This document shows positions 11,257-22,909 of a DNA stretch of 64,000 nt, piece by piece. The notes under the pieces were generated by a model. The model was not told where the DNA came from. It searched no databases and saw only the letters and a program-made list of their open reading frames with translations. Numbering within the stretch: the stretch's first letter is position 1; the number at the start of each line of letters is the position of its first letter. Where the stretch lies: the NCBI GenBank assembly GCA_000091205.1, contig AP006500.2; one strand, given 5' to 3'. The position numbers and the translations under genes were made by a program. This DNA comes from Cyanidioschyzon merolae (Eukaryota).

Positions 11257-11600
11257 GGCCCGAGCCCTCGGGGTCATGTGTTCTATCAGGCTCTCTGCGT
11301 CGATCTCGGATAATGACGACTCAATCTGGGTACCGGAGATCACGATTTCGGACCTTGATCCCTTCAAAAACTGTCTGCGAAGTGTTTGCAGCGCGGCATT
11401 GCATGTACATGCATCATGACACCTCTGCACTGCCCGAGAAGCACCAACATACCGATGACTTGGGCCATCCGCACAACTTGGTACACCCACACATACAAAT
11501 GCCATATCCAGAGCCTTCTGCTAGTGTCTGGTCGCTAGACGATGCATCCGGAGAGCGCCGTCCGCGGACGTTGCACTCGCCTTGAGGTAGTGCGCGAGTA

Positions 11601-12746
11601 TCACGGAGCTTCGATACCGGGTCGCATCAGCAGCGACGCTGCCAACCCGAGGTTCCCGTTCGCTGCTGCGAGCGCTGACCTGGCTGAGGCTTCATCGAAT
11701 CCCATGGCAACGAGGCGCTGAACATTGACGTCTGTCTCGTTACGAGCCGGAGCGGAATCGAGGCCTCTTGCTTCTGCGATCTCTCTGTCGCTGAGAAACG
11801 GAACAGCGCGGTCTCTCTCTCGCAGAACATTCTCTCTCAAATCAATACACATTCCGTGCTTGCGCAGCGTGTCGAGACCCAGAAGCATATCCGTATTCAG
11901 CTGCTCGACAATGGCAAAGGAACATTCATACCATTCTCCATCGAGTTCCATAAGCGCCATATGGACCCGTCCGATGAACTCTGCCCGTCCCAGGCCGATG
12001 GCAGTGCCGCGAAAACGCCGATCAATAAGTCTGCTGAGACCGGAACGCTCCGCACAAGCCTGGCTCATAACGGTGCACTGTGCGCCACTGTCGACAAGTG
12101 CAAGGACCGGCTGGGCGTTGCGAGCTGAGTCAGCAGTGACACGAACTCGAACGTACAGCGGCGTAATATACGTGAACGACTCTACATTGTGCTCCAGAGC
12201 AGCCGCCAGATTCTCCTGAATGTTATGTTCATGAATCGCAGCTTCAATCCGGCGCTGTAGCTCTGGACTCATGAGCTCATCTTCAAATGGCATCGAGGTC
12301 CAATCAGAGCCGCTTCGGGACACTAGTCCACTGACGCCAGCTGTGGCAGGTAAAGCGCTCGTCTCTGAGATAGGGGCAGGCAGCGCAGCGTCGCGGTCAC
12401 GTACCGAGTCTGGTGCAGTCGTCTGTGCACGCTCCAGGGCTTGATTTCGGAACTGAGGTTCAACAGTGATAAGTTCATCGTCCGGAAGGGCTAGCTCGCG
12501 AACGGTTCGTTGAGGCGGGAGCAGCTGGCCCCGCCAACGAAACGCATAGTTTACGGCTGCGTCTTCCACAACACTTTCGCTGGGGTGAAGCTCGACGAGA
12601 ACCGCTTCCAGCAAGTCCGCAATAAGTGCTTCTTCTGAAGCTTCTAAAGTCGCGAAACGCTCACCGTCTGCAGACACAAAGCATAATCGTTTACTCGTCA
12701 TGGTACTGTCCAGAAAACTCAAGAGAGAAACCGTTTTCAGCGCCAC
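11601..12746 (-). CDS. DDI1: DNA-damage-inducible protein 1 (Ddi1/Vsm1) with UBL, retropepsin-like aspartyl protease and UBA domains
   Basis: The N-terminal ubiquitin-like region is followed by LALVDSGAQCTVMSQACAERSGL...GTAIGLG, the D-S/T-G-A retropepsin fold of Ddi1. The C-terminal UBA is NVQRLVAMGFDEASARSALAAANGNLGLAASLLM. Confidence 0.85.
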   Translation of the reverse strand: MALKTVSLLSFLDSTMTSKRLCFVSADGERFATLEASEEALIADLLEAVLVELHPSESVVEDAAVNYAFRWRGQLLPPQRTVRELALPDDELITVEPQFRNQALERAQTTAPDSVRDRDAALPAPISETSALPATAGVSGLVSRSGSDWTSMPFEDELMSPELQRRIEAAIHEHNIQENLAAALEHNVESFTYITPLYVRVRVTADSARNAQPVLALVDSGAQCTVMSQACAERSGLSRLIDRRFRGTAIGLGRAEFIGRVHMALMELDGEWYECSFAIVEQLNTDMLLGLDTLRKHGMCIDLRENVLRERDRAVPFLSDREIAEARGLDSAPARNETDVNVQRLVAMGFDEASARSALAAANGNLGLAASLLMRPGIEAP

Positions 12747-13679
12747 GCGTGACGCCGACTTGTCAGGTAGCAGCAGGAAGACCCAAGTATGTGCTCTGAA
12801 CGCTCAGGATCAATCTAACCCGTGCATACCTCCGGGACTGATATGCTCAGGTGTATAAAAAAGCCGCCACTGAGAGCAGCTGTCGCCTTAAAGGACGAAC
12901 ACCAGCGCCCGTGGTGGAAAGTTCCAGCGTAGTCTGGCAGCTGTGGCGGTATTGCCGTTGTGTGCAGCCTCGAACCGCTGCTGCACTCTGGGGCCAGCAC
13001 GTGGATGCAAAAGTATGCAGGAGACTACCTGCAAGGTCCGTATACATCCAGGGCAGTCTACAGGGCCTCTACAATGGCGATCAGTCGAACTGTTCACGCT
13101 GCAATGGTGTCAGTTTAGCATGGAAAACTGAACTGTTAGCTCGGTTCCTGCCTTTCGAATCTTTCCGAACTTGTGCAGCCACGACGATCGAACTGCAGCA
13201 AAAAGGACTTAAGGATGTATACGTAGGTTTAGGATTGTGGGTCTTATGTTTAGGCTGGCTTCTTCGACACGTTGTCGGTGGAACGCTGTGCATCACCAGT
13301 ACCCGGGTGATTCGCGACGCTCTCCAACACGGGTTCGTCGACGAACCAGTATGCTTCTTCGAAGCGTACAACCAAAGCTCCACGCTTCTCTATTGCTTAC
13401 GTTTAACGTGGCCAAATCACGCATGTTTCAAGTTTTGGGCGCTTATCTTTCAAGGCATCTCGTGGGCGTCGCAACGCACGCTGCTGGCTTGGCGCGGAAA
13501 AATGCTCGACGTGGCCATTGGCTGCATATGCACGAGCTCGTATCGAGACCTCACTGAACTTGTTGCATCACAAAATCGATCTCGTTGGAAAGACGCATCC
13601 TCTTGTGTCTCTTGCCATCGAAGAAACTCCATTGGGCAGCAGCAAGATATCTCCAAGCAGATACGCTCTGGGAGGAGGC

Positions 13680-13760
13680 TCCCGTCTCTTCTGTTTCCAC
13701 GGAAACGGGTCTTGGATCTGGACTTGAGTCATCGTAACATCCACCACTGATGGAGCGTAC
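13680..13760 (-). other. Copy C of a dispersed conserved ~150-bp upstream element (core ATGACTCAAGTCCAGATCCAAGACCCGTTTCCGTGGAAACAGAAGAGACGG), about 0.9 kb upstream of DDI1 in the same orientation
   Basis: It aligns at 70-80% identity with the elements at 15421-15560 (+) and 59090-59250 (+). The shared blocks are GACG[CT]ACG[CT]TCC, ATGATGACTC, GACCCnTTTCCrTGsAAA, CAGAAGAGACG and TTCGTCGAT. Confidence 0.6.
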
Positions 13761-15420
13761 GTCACTGCTTACCAAGAACAGAGCGTATACGGATCGAAAA
13801 TTGTCCACTTGTGCTTCTGTCCGGATTTTTCCATGGTATTTGTTTCACCATGAAGAACATCGCGTTCTAGAAACTCGCTTCTGTTCGTTCCTCCGTTGAT
13901 TCGCGAGTGCCCGAGGAGCTCCGGATGTCAAGTGCATCGTGCGCTTCTATAAAATCCATGTTGTCGACCGGCTCCTATTCTGCCGCGACGCTCGTTGTCC
14001 TCATCGGATGCATTTGCCATGCTTTTGCGCTGGCGCCTCGTCCTCAACCAAGCGGGAAGAAGCTCTAACCGAGGCGCGCGGCGAGCAACCCCGAAATACC
14101 TTCGGAAGCGGCTAAAGTCTCCTGCGCTCTGGAGCTCTGATAGAGCACTCCACCAGCAAAAACACCATCACTATCGTTGACGTGTTTCTCGTTGACCACC
14201 AGTCCATTTTCTCTTCAGCGTCCTCGTCTGTGTGAACGATTCGACGGGGATGTATCACGCTCTATCCTCCGATCCGCTGGGCTTGAACGAAGCACCGGCC
14301 ATGAAGAGATCCTTTATGCCGCCCAAGCACGCGACCGAGTCGTCGCCGGTTCGCCCGAGGTCATCGAATCCTTTACTGGCTGGTGCCCGTGAATCCTGGT
14401 GTGTCTCATTCACTGTTGTCATGCGTATCTTTTTCCTACGAATTTCTTTGTGTTATCCAGACTGCATCGAATCATCAAGCGAGTGCATGCTTCGACACCC
14501 GCAAAGCCGTTCAGCTGTGTAGCTGAAGTGCTTGCGGCTTCGATGGAACCACGCAGCTGGGGGGCTGTTTCCAGCATGTGCTTGGGGTTTAGTGAGGACA
14601 CGGAAAGCCGTGGGTCTCAACAGCAGGTCAAGCGAGTTTCCCACTTTTGAACCTCCTCGACGCATCGGACCTGCGCGTCCATCACCGTCAGGTAGTGGCG
14701 CTGCTGGACCCAGCTGTAATGACGTACGGTATCCAGTACGCTGGCTATGTGTTCTGACAAGAACAGGTACGTTCCGATGCGTCCGTTTAAAAAAGTAGCA
14801 TCAAAGCGTAGCGATGTGCTTCGAGCAGGAAAGCGTTCCATCCAAGAGTGGCAACGTTCTCCGGGTGCGGTACGCTCTGCTTTTCAGACCGCTTCGGTAC
14901 ATGTCGACTGCTCTTCCCCAGCTGTTTGCCTGGCATTCCTAGTGTGCATCGACTGTGCGCTTCCGTTGATAAACATGCAATTTAGATTTATTCTCTATAC
15001 GCTTTTCACCTCTCTGCTTTAAGCGTTTTCAGATATCCGCGATCCGCTATCGGCTATGCATTTCGCGAAACATGCGCCCCGATGAGCGCCATTGCCTCAG
15101 ATGCCGCGCTTCAAGCATCGAGCACCAGTTCGTGTCGAAGACGATCAAATCAATCGAAACCTGTATACGCGTCCCTGAGCACGTTCCCCAGGGCCCCGAA
15201 TCTGTTCTGAATTGAGTTCAACGATGGAGAATATGTCGGAGAGTATAGCATGACGCATCCTGCGTTCTCTGCTGGATTCTAAACAAAAGAGGGTTTGTAG
15301 AACGCGGCATTTTGTATGATAAAACAGAAACAGAAAGGCAAAGCCAGGCTGGACGGCATTTCGAGATATGTCGATACCCCCATGCTCCCCTCGAGCAGAT
15401 CGATGACGCACGCTCCACTG

Positions 15421-15560
15421 GACTTGATCGCTATGATGACTCAAGTCCGAGTCAAAGACCCCTTTCCATGCAAAACGCAGAGCAGGGAGCCTCTGGGAAC
15501 ATATCACGTGAAGACTACCATACAGCGAGGCGAGGATTCCATTTCGTCGATGATCGCGAA
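15421..15560 (+). other. Copy A of the dispersed conserved upstream element (core ATGATGACTCAAGTCCGAGTCAAAGACCCCTTTCCATGCAAAACGCAGAGCAGGGAGCC), about 0.85 kb upstream of the KsgA/Dim1 gene in the same orientation
   Basis: It is the same element family as 13680-13760 (-) and 59090-59250 (+), with the same conserved blocks described under copy C. Confidence 0.6.
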
Positions 15561-16329
15561 GTGACGAAGATTTACCTTTCGAACTGAATCAACTCTTTTA
15601 GGTGGGAACATCACCGAACCTGCGGTGCGCGCATGCGAACAAGTCCCCCAGAGATCACGTCAACTTTATCTCGTCGTTTGCCTACAGGCGCGACTTGCTC
15701 TGCCCACGTGTTGTTTTCTGAAATAGACAGATCGAAACCTTGACGAGGACGTGACTAGGGCGTGCTAGACATAAGGAAATGAGAAAACTGGAGGCCTTCA
15801 ACCTTGAATTGGACAATGATAGTAGTCATTTTGAGAACACGACTTCGCGGGTGGCGCCAATCATCGTCATGAACGTTCCTTGACGAATGCCAGCGACAGA
15901 CTGCCGACGAAGCCATTCCCAGAAGCTGACCGAGAAACCCGAATCGACGAATGAATCCGCAAGCGCTCGTTGTGGCACTTTGAAAGTCGCTGCTTTGCGT
16001 GTAAAATGTCCAGAAAAAGATCGACAAACAGGAACAAGGCAAGTAGTTCAATGTTCCATATGAATCGGATGCAGCTGCAGCGATGGAAACATCATTCACC
16101 GTTTTCGAGCGCGACGTTCGCATAGCGCAACGACACGACTATTGGTTGGGTTCCACGTGCTCAGTCAGCCGCTATGGAGGCAGCGTATTGGATCGGAGTG
16201 TTCTCATCTGGAAGTCGAACTTGGTAGTGGCGGCTGACACACACCCAGTGCGAAAAAAAAAGTCGAGTTTTACCTTTCCTCGCGCCGAGCGTTAGCGCGG
16301 AACGAACTCCCAAGGCTCTAGGGACTCGG

Positions 16330-17412
16330 ATGCAGCCACTTTGCTTGGAACAGTGCTCGCTTTTCGGAAGTGCCGTAGCGAAAGTGAGCTGGGTGCGCAC
16401 TTTTCCGATAACGAATACCAGAGGAACGGGTTCATTTCACAGTCGAAACTTGGAAAAAATCTGTCGACTGGGGAACAACTGTTCGCGTGAACACAAAAGT
16501 GCCACCCGCTTTGCATTGCAGCTGTTGACGGACGCTCGAGAGCCCAGACCGTCTTGGCGGCCGAAACAAAGTTTAGGCCAAAACTTCCTCAAGGATCCTG
16601 CGGTTGCCGCCGCTATCGTGCAAGCTGTGCGAGCTTGTGAGCCCCTCGAACTGGTCGAAATTGGTGCCGGAACCGGTGTGCTTACAGAGCCGCTTCTGGA
16701 AGTATTCCCCGGGCTTGTGGCGCTCGAGCTTGACGCACGTGCGGTGGAGCACGTTCGAAAACGCCTTGAACAGAGCGAGCGCTTCCGTTCGGAGCATTTT
16801 CCCGAGCTGCGCACCCGTATCTACCATGCAGACTTTTTGCGCTCGGACTGGCTCAGGGAAACCGGCATGCTCACTAGGCCCGAGCCGCGGATCACGCTCG
16901 TGGGGAATCTTCCCTACTACATTGTATCGCCTATATTCTTTCACTGTATTGAGAGCATTCAACGATACCGGAACGCAATCTTCATGGTTCAGCACGAATT
17001 TGCAGAACGGTTGATGGCAAAGCCTCAGTGCAAGGACTACGGAGTCCTATCGGTGCTGGCTCAGCTCCACGCCGATATTCAAGTGCTTCTCCGAGTGCCG
17101 CGAAGCGCATTCTATCCCATGCCTAAGGTGAACTCTGTGGTACTGCGCCTGGATTTTCGAGACCCGTTGCAAAAGGACTGCATGTCTTGCGGCGTCTCAT
17201 CGGATGTGATCCGCCTGGCACTGCATCGGCTCGTTCGACGAGCATTCCAACAGCGGCGGAAAACTTTACGGAATACGCTTGGCGATCAAGTGCCGATGAG
17301 ATGGTCGCGAAGACGTCCTGAGGAGCTCCATCCAGCTGAATTCCTCGAATTAACGATGATTCTATCGCAGGATGCTGCGCTAGACACGGGAAAGCCGCCT
17401 GTGTCTGGCTAG
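16330..17412 (+). CDS. rRNA adenine N6,N6-dimethyltransferase of the KsgA/Dim1 family with an ~80-aa N-terminal presequence (organellar TFB1M/KsgA-like)
   Basis: It contains QSLGQNFLKD, LVEIGAGTGVLTEPL (the SAM-binding motif) and LVGNLPYYIVSPI, all hallmarks of KsgA/Dim1. The N-terminal extension is Arg/Ser-rich and has no Met between residue 1 and the conserved core. Confidence 0.8.
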   Translation: MQPLCLEQCSLFGSAVAKVSWVRTFPITNTRGTGSFHSRNLEKICRLGNNCSREHKSATRFALQLLTDAREPRPSWRPKQSLGQNFLKDPAVAAAIVQAVRACEPLELVEIGAGTGVLTEPLLEVFPGLVALELDARAVEHVRKRLEQSERFRSEHFPELRTRIYHADFLRSDWLRETGMLTRPEPRITLVGNLPYYIVSPIFFHCIESIQRYRNAIFMVQHEFAERLMAKPQCKDYGVLSVLAQLHADIQVLLRVPRSAFYPMPKVNSVVLRLDFRDPLQKDCMSCGVSSDVIRLALHRLVRRAFQQRRKTLRNTLGDQVPMRWSRRRPEELHPAEFLELTMILSQDAALDTGKPPVSG

Positions 17413-20400
17413 CCCCAGCAAATGGAGCTGGAGCCGAGAAAACAACTGGGCACGATCGACAGCTCGACGCCTGTCGTCGTCTATAAGCAGTGATGTAGTG
17501 CGCAGCGCAGGATGAGCACTGAACCTTCCGATCTCAGCGTACACCATGAATTACATCCAGGCAGACATTCGAGGATCCTGTGCACATGAGGTTTGGATGA
17601 GACCGCATGGTCACCTTACGTGCGGGTCGCGGCACCGATTTGCTTCATGTAAAGCGTACACCAGGAAGAGACGAGCGCTGCACCCAGGAATTCGTCGATG
17701 CAGCGCGAGGAGGAGTCATGTGTACTCGGTTCCCGGATGTGCGCTGTCAACGTCGACATTGCCGAACCTGGTCAACGGTACCAAAAGCGCGATGAACGAG
17801 TGCCCAAGAGACCGAGTTCGTCGTTCCTTTCTGGTTAGACTGGGTACACGGTGCGCATGTTTCGTGCACAGACCGCGTAAAACGCTCGGGATCGCAACAC
17901 CATCTATAGTAACCTCTGATTTCGAGTTTGGGTATTCCAGGTAGTATCGAATGATAGAAGCCCATGACCGTCAAGGAATTGCCCAGGAAAACCGCCTCCG
18001 TGCGTATATACCGGACGAAAGCCTCGCCGGGTTGCTCAACCCGACCATACTAGTTCCTTGCTCGAGGCGGAAATCCAATCGTCTATGTCTTGGCTAATCG
18101 TTTGCTTTCATCAAAAGTGTTCAGCGTTTCAGCAAAGAATTCGCTCATAATACGAACCGAATACCTCGAAAAGACGCCCAACACAAACCCGCTGGACGCT
18201 CCAAAAGTACGAGATATTGAAGGATGGTGGTAATGGCATTCGAGTCTCGGTGCATAACGCACTTGCACGCATCCTTGCTGTTGAAATCACATCATAGCCA
18301 GCCTCTCACCTGGGAAGACCTCACCAGCTGAAGTTTCGTCAGCTTACCGTACACCATTTCGTCCACCAGGCTCCGTTTCGCACGATTCCTCCAGACCAAT
18401 TTCACCGTGTACTCGTGCTCACTATATGTGTATGTCGTCCTAAACGCATCGATGGGAATCGGGCTGATTCGATTCCTGCACGCGTTGAACGCCCTGGTCG
18501 AGGGCGTACGAGTGCAGCGTTCGCGCGCAACGGCACGTCCAGCGCCGCAGGAGAGCATCACCAAAGGACGCTGCTTGCCAGTGATGTACGTTTCCAAATC
18601 AATGAAAAAGTTGGTGGATGCAGGTTCTTGCGTCCATGCATCCGCATCTATTGGCGACACCCGGGCAAGTTCTCTCATTCTTCAACTGAAGATCGTCCGA
18701 ATGAGCATTCTGGATGCTCATGCACTTGCCGAATGAGACGTACAAGACATCCTCTGCTGCTCGATAGGATGCTCAGAGCGTCGAAATGGGCCTGGCGCTG
18801 TCACTCCAGGTGTTGGTATGCCTCCTGACGTCAAGCGCGCAGGACTCTCGACACGACCGGGCCCCGGCATCGTTGAGCGGCTTCATCTGCCTTCCGTTCA
18901 GGCCGCTGGCGCTGTTCTCGTGATGCAGAGCAGAGCGATGGCCATAACGCCGTTCAGGCCAGGATCCATGCTCATGAACAAGTCCTGCTCCTGGGCTATC
19001 TTGAGTGCTTGAAAATGGGTCACGTGGTGCTGCTCAGGCAGAGGTTTCACGAAGTTCATGCAAATGGATATACCATCAGACTCTATCATGCCAGTAAACG
19101 TCTTTCCATTTCCACCCTGTAAGCGATAAAGGTCGGACGAGCTCCACCCCAATGGTCTTCGTGAAATTTCTCGAATGGTTCGCGCTTGCTCGCTGGGAAC
19201 AGCTCTCTTCGCCTGCTCCTCTAGTTTGCTCGGTGGCATGGGAGTGGTAGCTGTGCTCCATTTCGGTTTTTTTTCGCGGGATTCAGACGCCCTGCATGGA
19301 CGAAGTTACTAAAGCTCGTCTTCTCTTTTTATGTGTCTACGATTCCTGAACTACATTTTCTTCGACGTCTTCGTCACAAGTATGCCCACGAATCGAAGCA
19401 CACTTTTTGGCATTCTCCCGTGCTCGAGCAGAGACGAAGACAGCAGGTCTGGGCTGCTGGAACTAGAGAACAATTGCTTTCCGAAGAAAGGTGTCACGGA
19501 TGTAAACGACTCGTCTATTGATCGCAGGCATTTGCATGGCATCGGACAACGGACAAAACGCCATCCGCTGGACTGAAACACGAATAGCCCCCTAGTACGA
19601 AGAACAGGTCGATGCTAATTACAGCTGCGTGCTCCGCGACCGCTTGTGCTTCATGGAATTCGACGTCGTGTAAGAGCAGAACACAGGACTGTGCGAGCGA
19701 AAGCCCGCGAAATGCATCGACAAAGCATGAGGTGTTGGCGGCTCCTGTCCGCTTTGCGATTCGTAGGCGTCCACTCGATAGTATCGTCGCTCGGGGATGT
19801 TGTTGTTGGTATTCTCGCTCGCCTGTTCTTTACGAACACCAATTTACCCGTATTGGAGTACGCATGTACAGATCTACTATTTCCACCGAATTCGTGCTCA
19901 TCGAGTCAGACAAACACCTCTCCCTTCTGTACCCAGCGTTCGCATTTCAATCCAAAATCGATCGCGTGTTCTTCGACGTGCAAAGCGCTCCCATGCAATC
20001 GCGCTGCACGCTTTACCCATCTGTGTGTGTTCATTACCGTACGTGCCGATGGTACGAACACTTCACGTCCTGTGCTCTGTTTTGTACTATTTCATAGAGA
20101 ACTTTTTGAGTTGAAGGTATGAGAGAGGAGGCCTTCGTGTCGATAGAATTTGATTCGTTCGGTTCCCGGTGCACGACGTTCGTGTCAAGGACGACGACAA
20201 GTCTAGTTCAGGCATCTGCTTACCCTTGTCTGACTCATTTGCAATCGAAAGGTTGGGTTTCGCAAGCTAAGCGTGACAACATAAATTCTGTTTTTGGCCT
20301 TTATCGAATCTACAGGACACAATCCATTTGTTGATTACGTAAGACAAAAAAGCAAGCAATAACGAAAAAGGCATGCTGGTTACGTTATCAACGTATCCAC

Positions 20401-21027
20401 TGCTAGTTTGGGTATAGGGAATCCACGCAGCGAGGCATTCTAGAAGCGCCTGGGGAAACGCGCGCGTCTCCGCACTCGGATACTGCGTCACCAACGTCCG
20501 TGCGCACGCTTCCATACACGAAGGGATACTGCTGTGCAACTGATACGCAGTCCTTCTCTGGAAGCGTGGATGGCGCGTCCGTCAGAATTCCACCATACAT
20601 AACGCGAGATACGCAACACACAGGTGACACCAGGGCGCATCCTGGTCACGGATGCGTTGTGCGCGGGAGCATGCGCAGCGTAGCTAGTACAGCGATCATG
20701 CAGCATGTGATGGGAGCATTTCTGGTTGCCAACCGCTGACATACATCCGGTGTAATTTGGTTAGATGTATCCCTCTGATACCATATCAAGAAATGCGTCG
20801 CGTACCCGAACATGCCTAGCGCTGCTTGTCAAGCCAGCACGCATCATATCAAGTTCGCAGCAGCCCGCGAGCGAGCACCGATGAACACCAAGGTGTATCG
20901 CGGCGCTCGTATGCCGCGCCTCGCGTCCCTGCGGTGGACGCCTCAGAGATGAGTGTCTCTGCAGGTCAGGATCCTGTCCAGGTGAGGCGCGCACTGCCGG
21001 AAAGTCTCGTGGCAGGCATTTGGGCAA

Positions 21028-22410
21028 TTGGACAGGAGCCTCGGTGCTCTGTGGTCATGCGTGAGACCCGGTTTACCCGCTCTGTGTCTGCTTAGGGTGC
21101 TAGATGCGTCATCAGTAGGTTCCGTGCCACGATGTAGCACTGGGAAGACGCGATGGAGATGCGTACCCTCCAAAGACCACAATGTCAAGGTGTTTCTCAC
21201 ATCCACCCGGGAACCATGCGCAGCCACATCCGCCAGCTTTTCTACCCTTGTAAGGCTTATTGAGCGTGCCGCTACAGCGACGACGTTTCCTTTGATGGCG
21301 GCGACTAGCCCTGAAAATAACAGGTTTGACAGTGGTACTACGACTGAGGAAAGCTCGGAACTGGAAGAGCGCTTTTTGCCGTTCGAGCGCGAGGCACCGC
21401 GCGGTGGTTGGGAGTGCCCGCTCCAGTGGCTCCTGGCACCACTCGTTGTACCGCTGAGAGTTGTACTTTGCTTCGTGATCTTAGTATTCTTTTACCTTGT
21501 TTGTGTGAGTTTTGGGCCGCGTGTTGACAAGAAAGCAGCGGAAGTCGGCTTTGTGTGGAACTTACCGCGCTGGCGAGCTCACCTGCTGCGCGGGCTCACC
21601 AAACGCTGTGCCCGCGTCGTGCTCTTTATTCTGGGTTTCTATCGCATTCGCCGCCAGCATCTCGCTGGCTATGATCACAGGATTCGTTCAAAAGTTCTCA
21701 TTGTTAGCAACCACGTATCATTGTTCGATATTTTATTCTTCATGGCTGATGACGGCCGTTCGTTCGTGAGCAAGCATACGCTGTTGCAGGTACCACTCAT
21801 AGGACGCATCGCCGCCACCATCGGATGCATCTTCGTGAACCGCACGCTCCACAGTGGCGGGCAGGCCACGAACCTCGTTGTGCAGCGGCAGCGGCAAATG
21901 TGGGCGTCCGACAGCTCAGCACCGCCCCGTGGGCATCGATCCTCGACGGACGCGTCCTCGCTATGTTCATCGCCGCCATTGGTGCTGTTTCCTGAAGGCA
22001 CAACCACTAATGGAAAGTATCTTTTAACGTTCAAGACAGGCGCGTTCGTCGCCGGACTCCCGGTGCAGCCCGTGATCTTAACGTATGAGCAACGCTGTTT
22101 TTCGCTGGCCTACGAGACAATCCGCGGATGGAAATACTTCCTGGGTGTGTTCCGTCAATTCTATAACCGGCTCAGCGTCATTTACATGCCAACTTATATT
22201 CCAAATGAGGAGGAGAAAGGCAACCCGCGTCTTTTTGCGCAGAACGTGCATCTACACATGCTCAAGGAAATGCAGTCGCGATACGGCACGCAGCTCAGCA
22301 ATAGCTCGTATCTCGACAAGGTTGCCTACCACAGAAAACTTCGCCAGCAATGGGGCGAATACGTCCCAGTGCCTTCGTCAAGCGCGCGGTCGCATTCGCA
22401 TCATGAGTGA
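21028..22410 (+). CDS. Lysophospholipid acyltransferase (AGPAT/LPCAT-type, PlsC family), membrane protein
   Basis: It has the acyltransferase motif I (H-x4-D) in LIVSNHVSLFDILFF and motif III FPEGTTTNG, preceded by a predicted transmembrane segment (LAPLVVPLRVVLCFVILVFFYLV). The start is probably the internal Met at nt 21295 (MAATSPENN...). Confidence 0.8.
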   Translation: MDRSLGALWSCVRPGLPALCLLRVLDASSVGSVPRCSTGKTRWRCVPSKDHNVKVFLTSTREPCAATSASFSTLVRLIERAATATTFPLMAATSPENNRFDSGTTTEESSELEERFLPFEREAPRGGWECPLQWLLAPLVVPLRVVLCFVILVFFYLVCVSFGPRVDKKAAEVGFVWNLPRWRAHLLRGLTKRCARVVLFILGFYRIRRQHLAGYDHRIRSKVLIVSNHVSLFDILFFMADDGRSFVSKHTLLQVPLIGRIAATIGCIFVNRTLHSGGQATNLVVQRQRQMWASDSSAPPRGHRSSTDASSLCSSPPLVLFPEGTTTNGKYLLTFKTGAFVAGLPVQPVILTYEQRCFSLAYETIRGWKYFLGVFRQFYNRLSVIYMPTYIPNEEEKGNPRLFAQNVHLHMLKEMQSRYGTQLSNSSYLDKVAYHRKLRQQWGEYVPVPSSSARSHSHHE

Positions 22411-22909
22411 TCCGGGTTAGATGATTCAGACGGAGATAATGCGTGCAACTTGGCAGCGTAGCGCAAGCTGGTTCCTGAGGGCGCATTTCCTTTTAGGAGC
22501 TATGGGCGCGGAAATGCAGCGCACTGGTACGTATGCACGTGCACTGCCCATGATAAACCAGATGCTTCACAGAGAATTTGCATGTATGAGTGTTGTTCTC
22601 GCCGCAACTGTGCATGCTCAGGTGCGACAGGCAACCTTCTCCTGGGAGCCAGCCCCGCGCACTTACCTGGACGCTCCGAGGGGATACGCCTCGAAACAAG
22701 TGCGCATGTAGATTCCGAATACTCCAAGCCCGCAGTATCTCTCGCTTCCCGTACTTGTGGATACGCGTGTAAGACGCTGATCCATACCACGCCGCGACGA
22801 CATGCTCGTATCTGTCATTCGCGAAAAATTGGACACATATCGTAAGCACGTTTTCATCCATGGCGTGCCCGCAAACTCGACATGGATCCGAATACAAAAG
22901 CACGCCCAG

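Noticed and set aside
12851-13750. 299-aa plus-strand ORF upstream of DDI1
   Set aside because: Its Cys/Trp/Arg-rich composition is typical of GC-rich non-coding sequence and I see no motif. It overlaps copy C of the conserved upstream element on the opposite strand.
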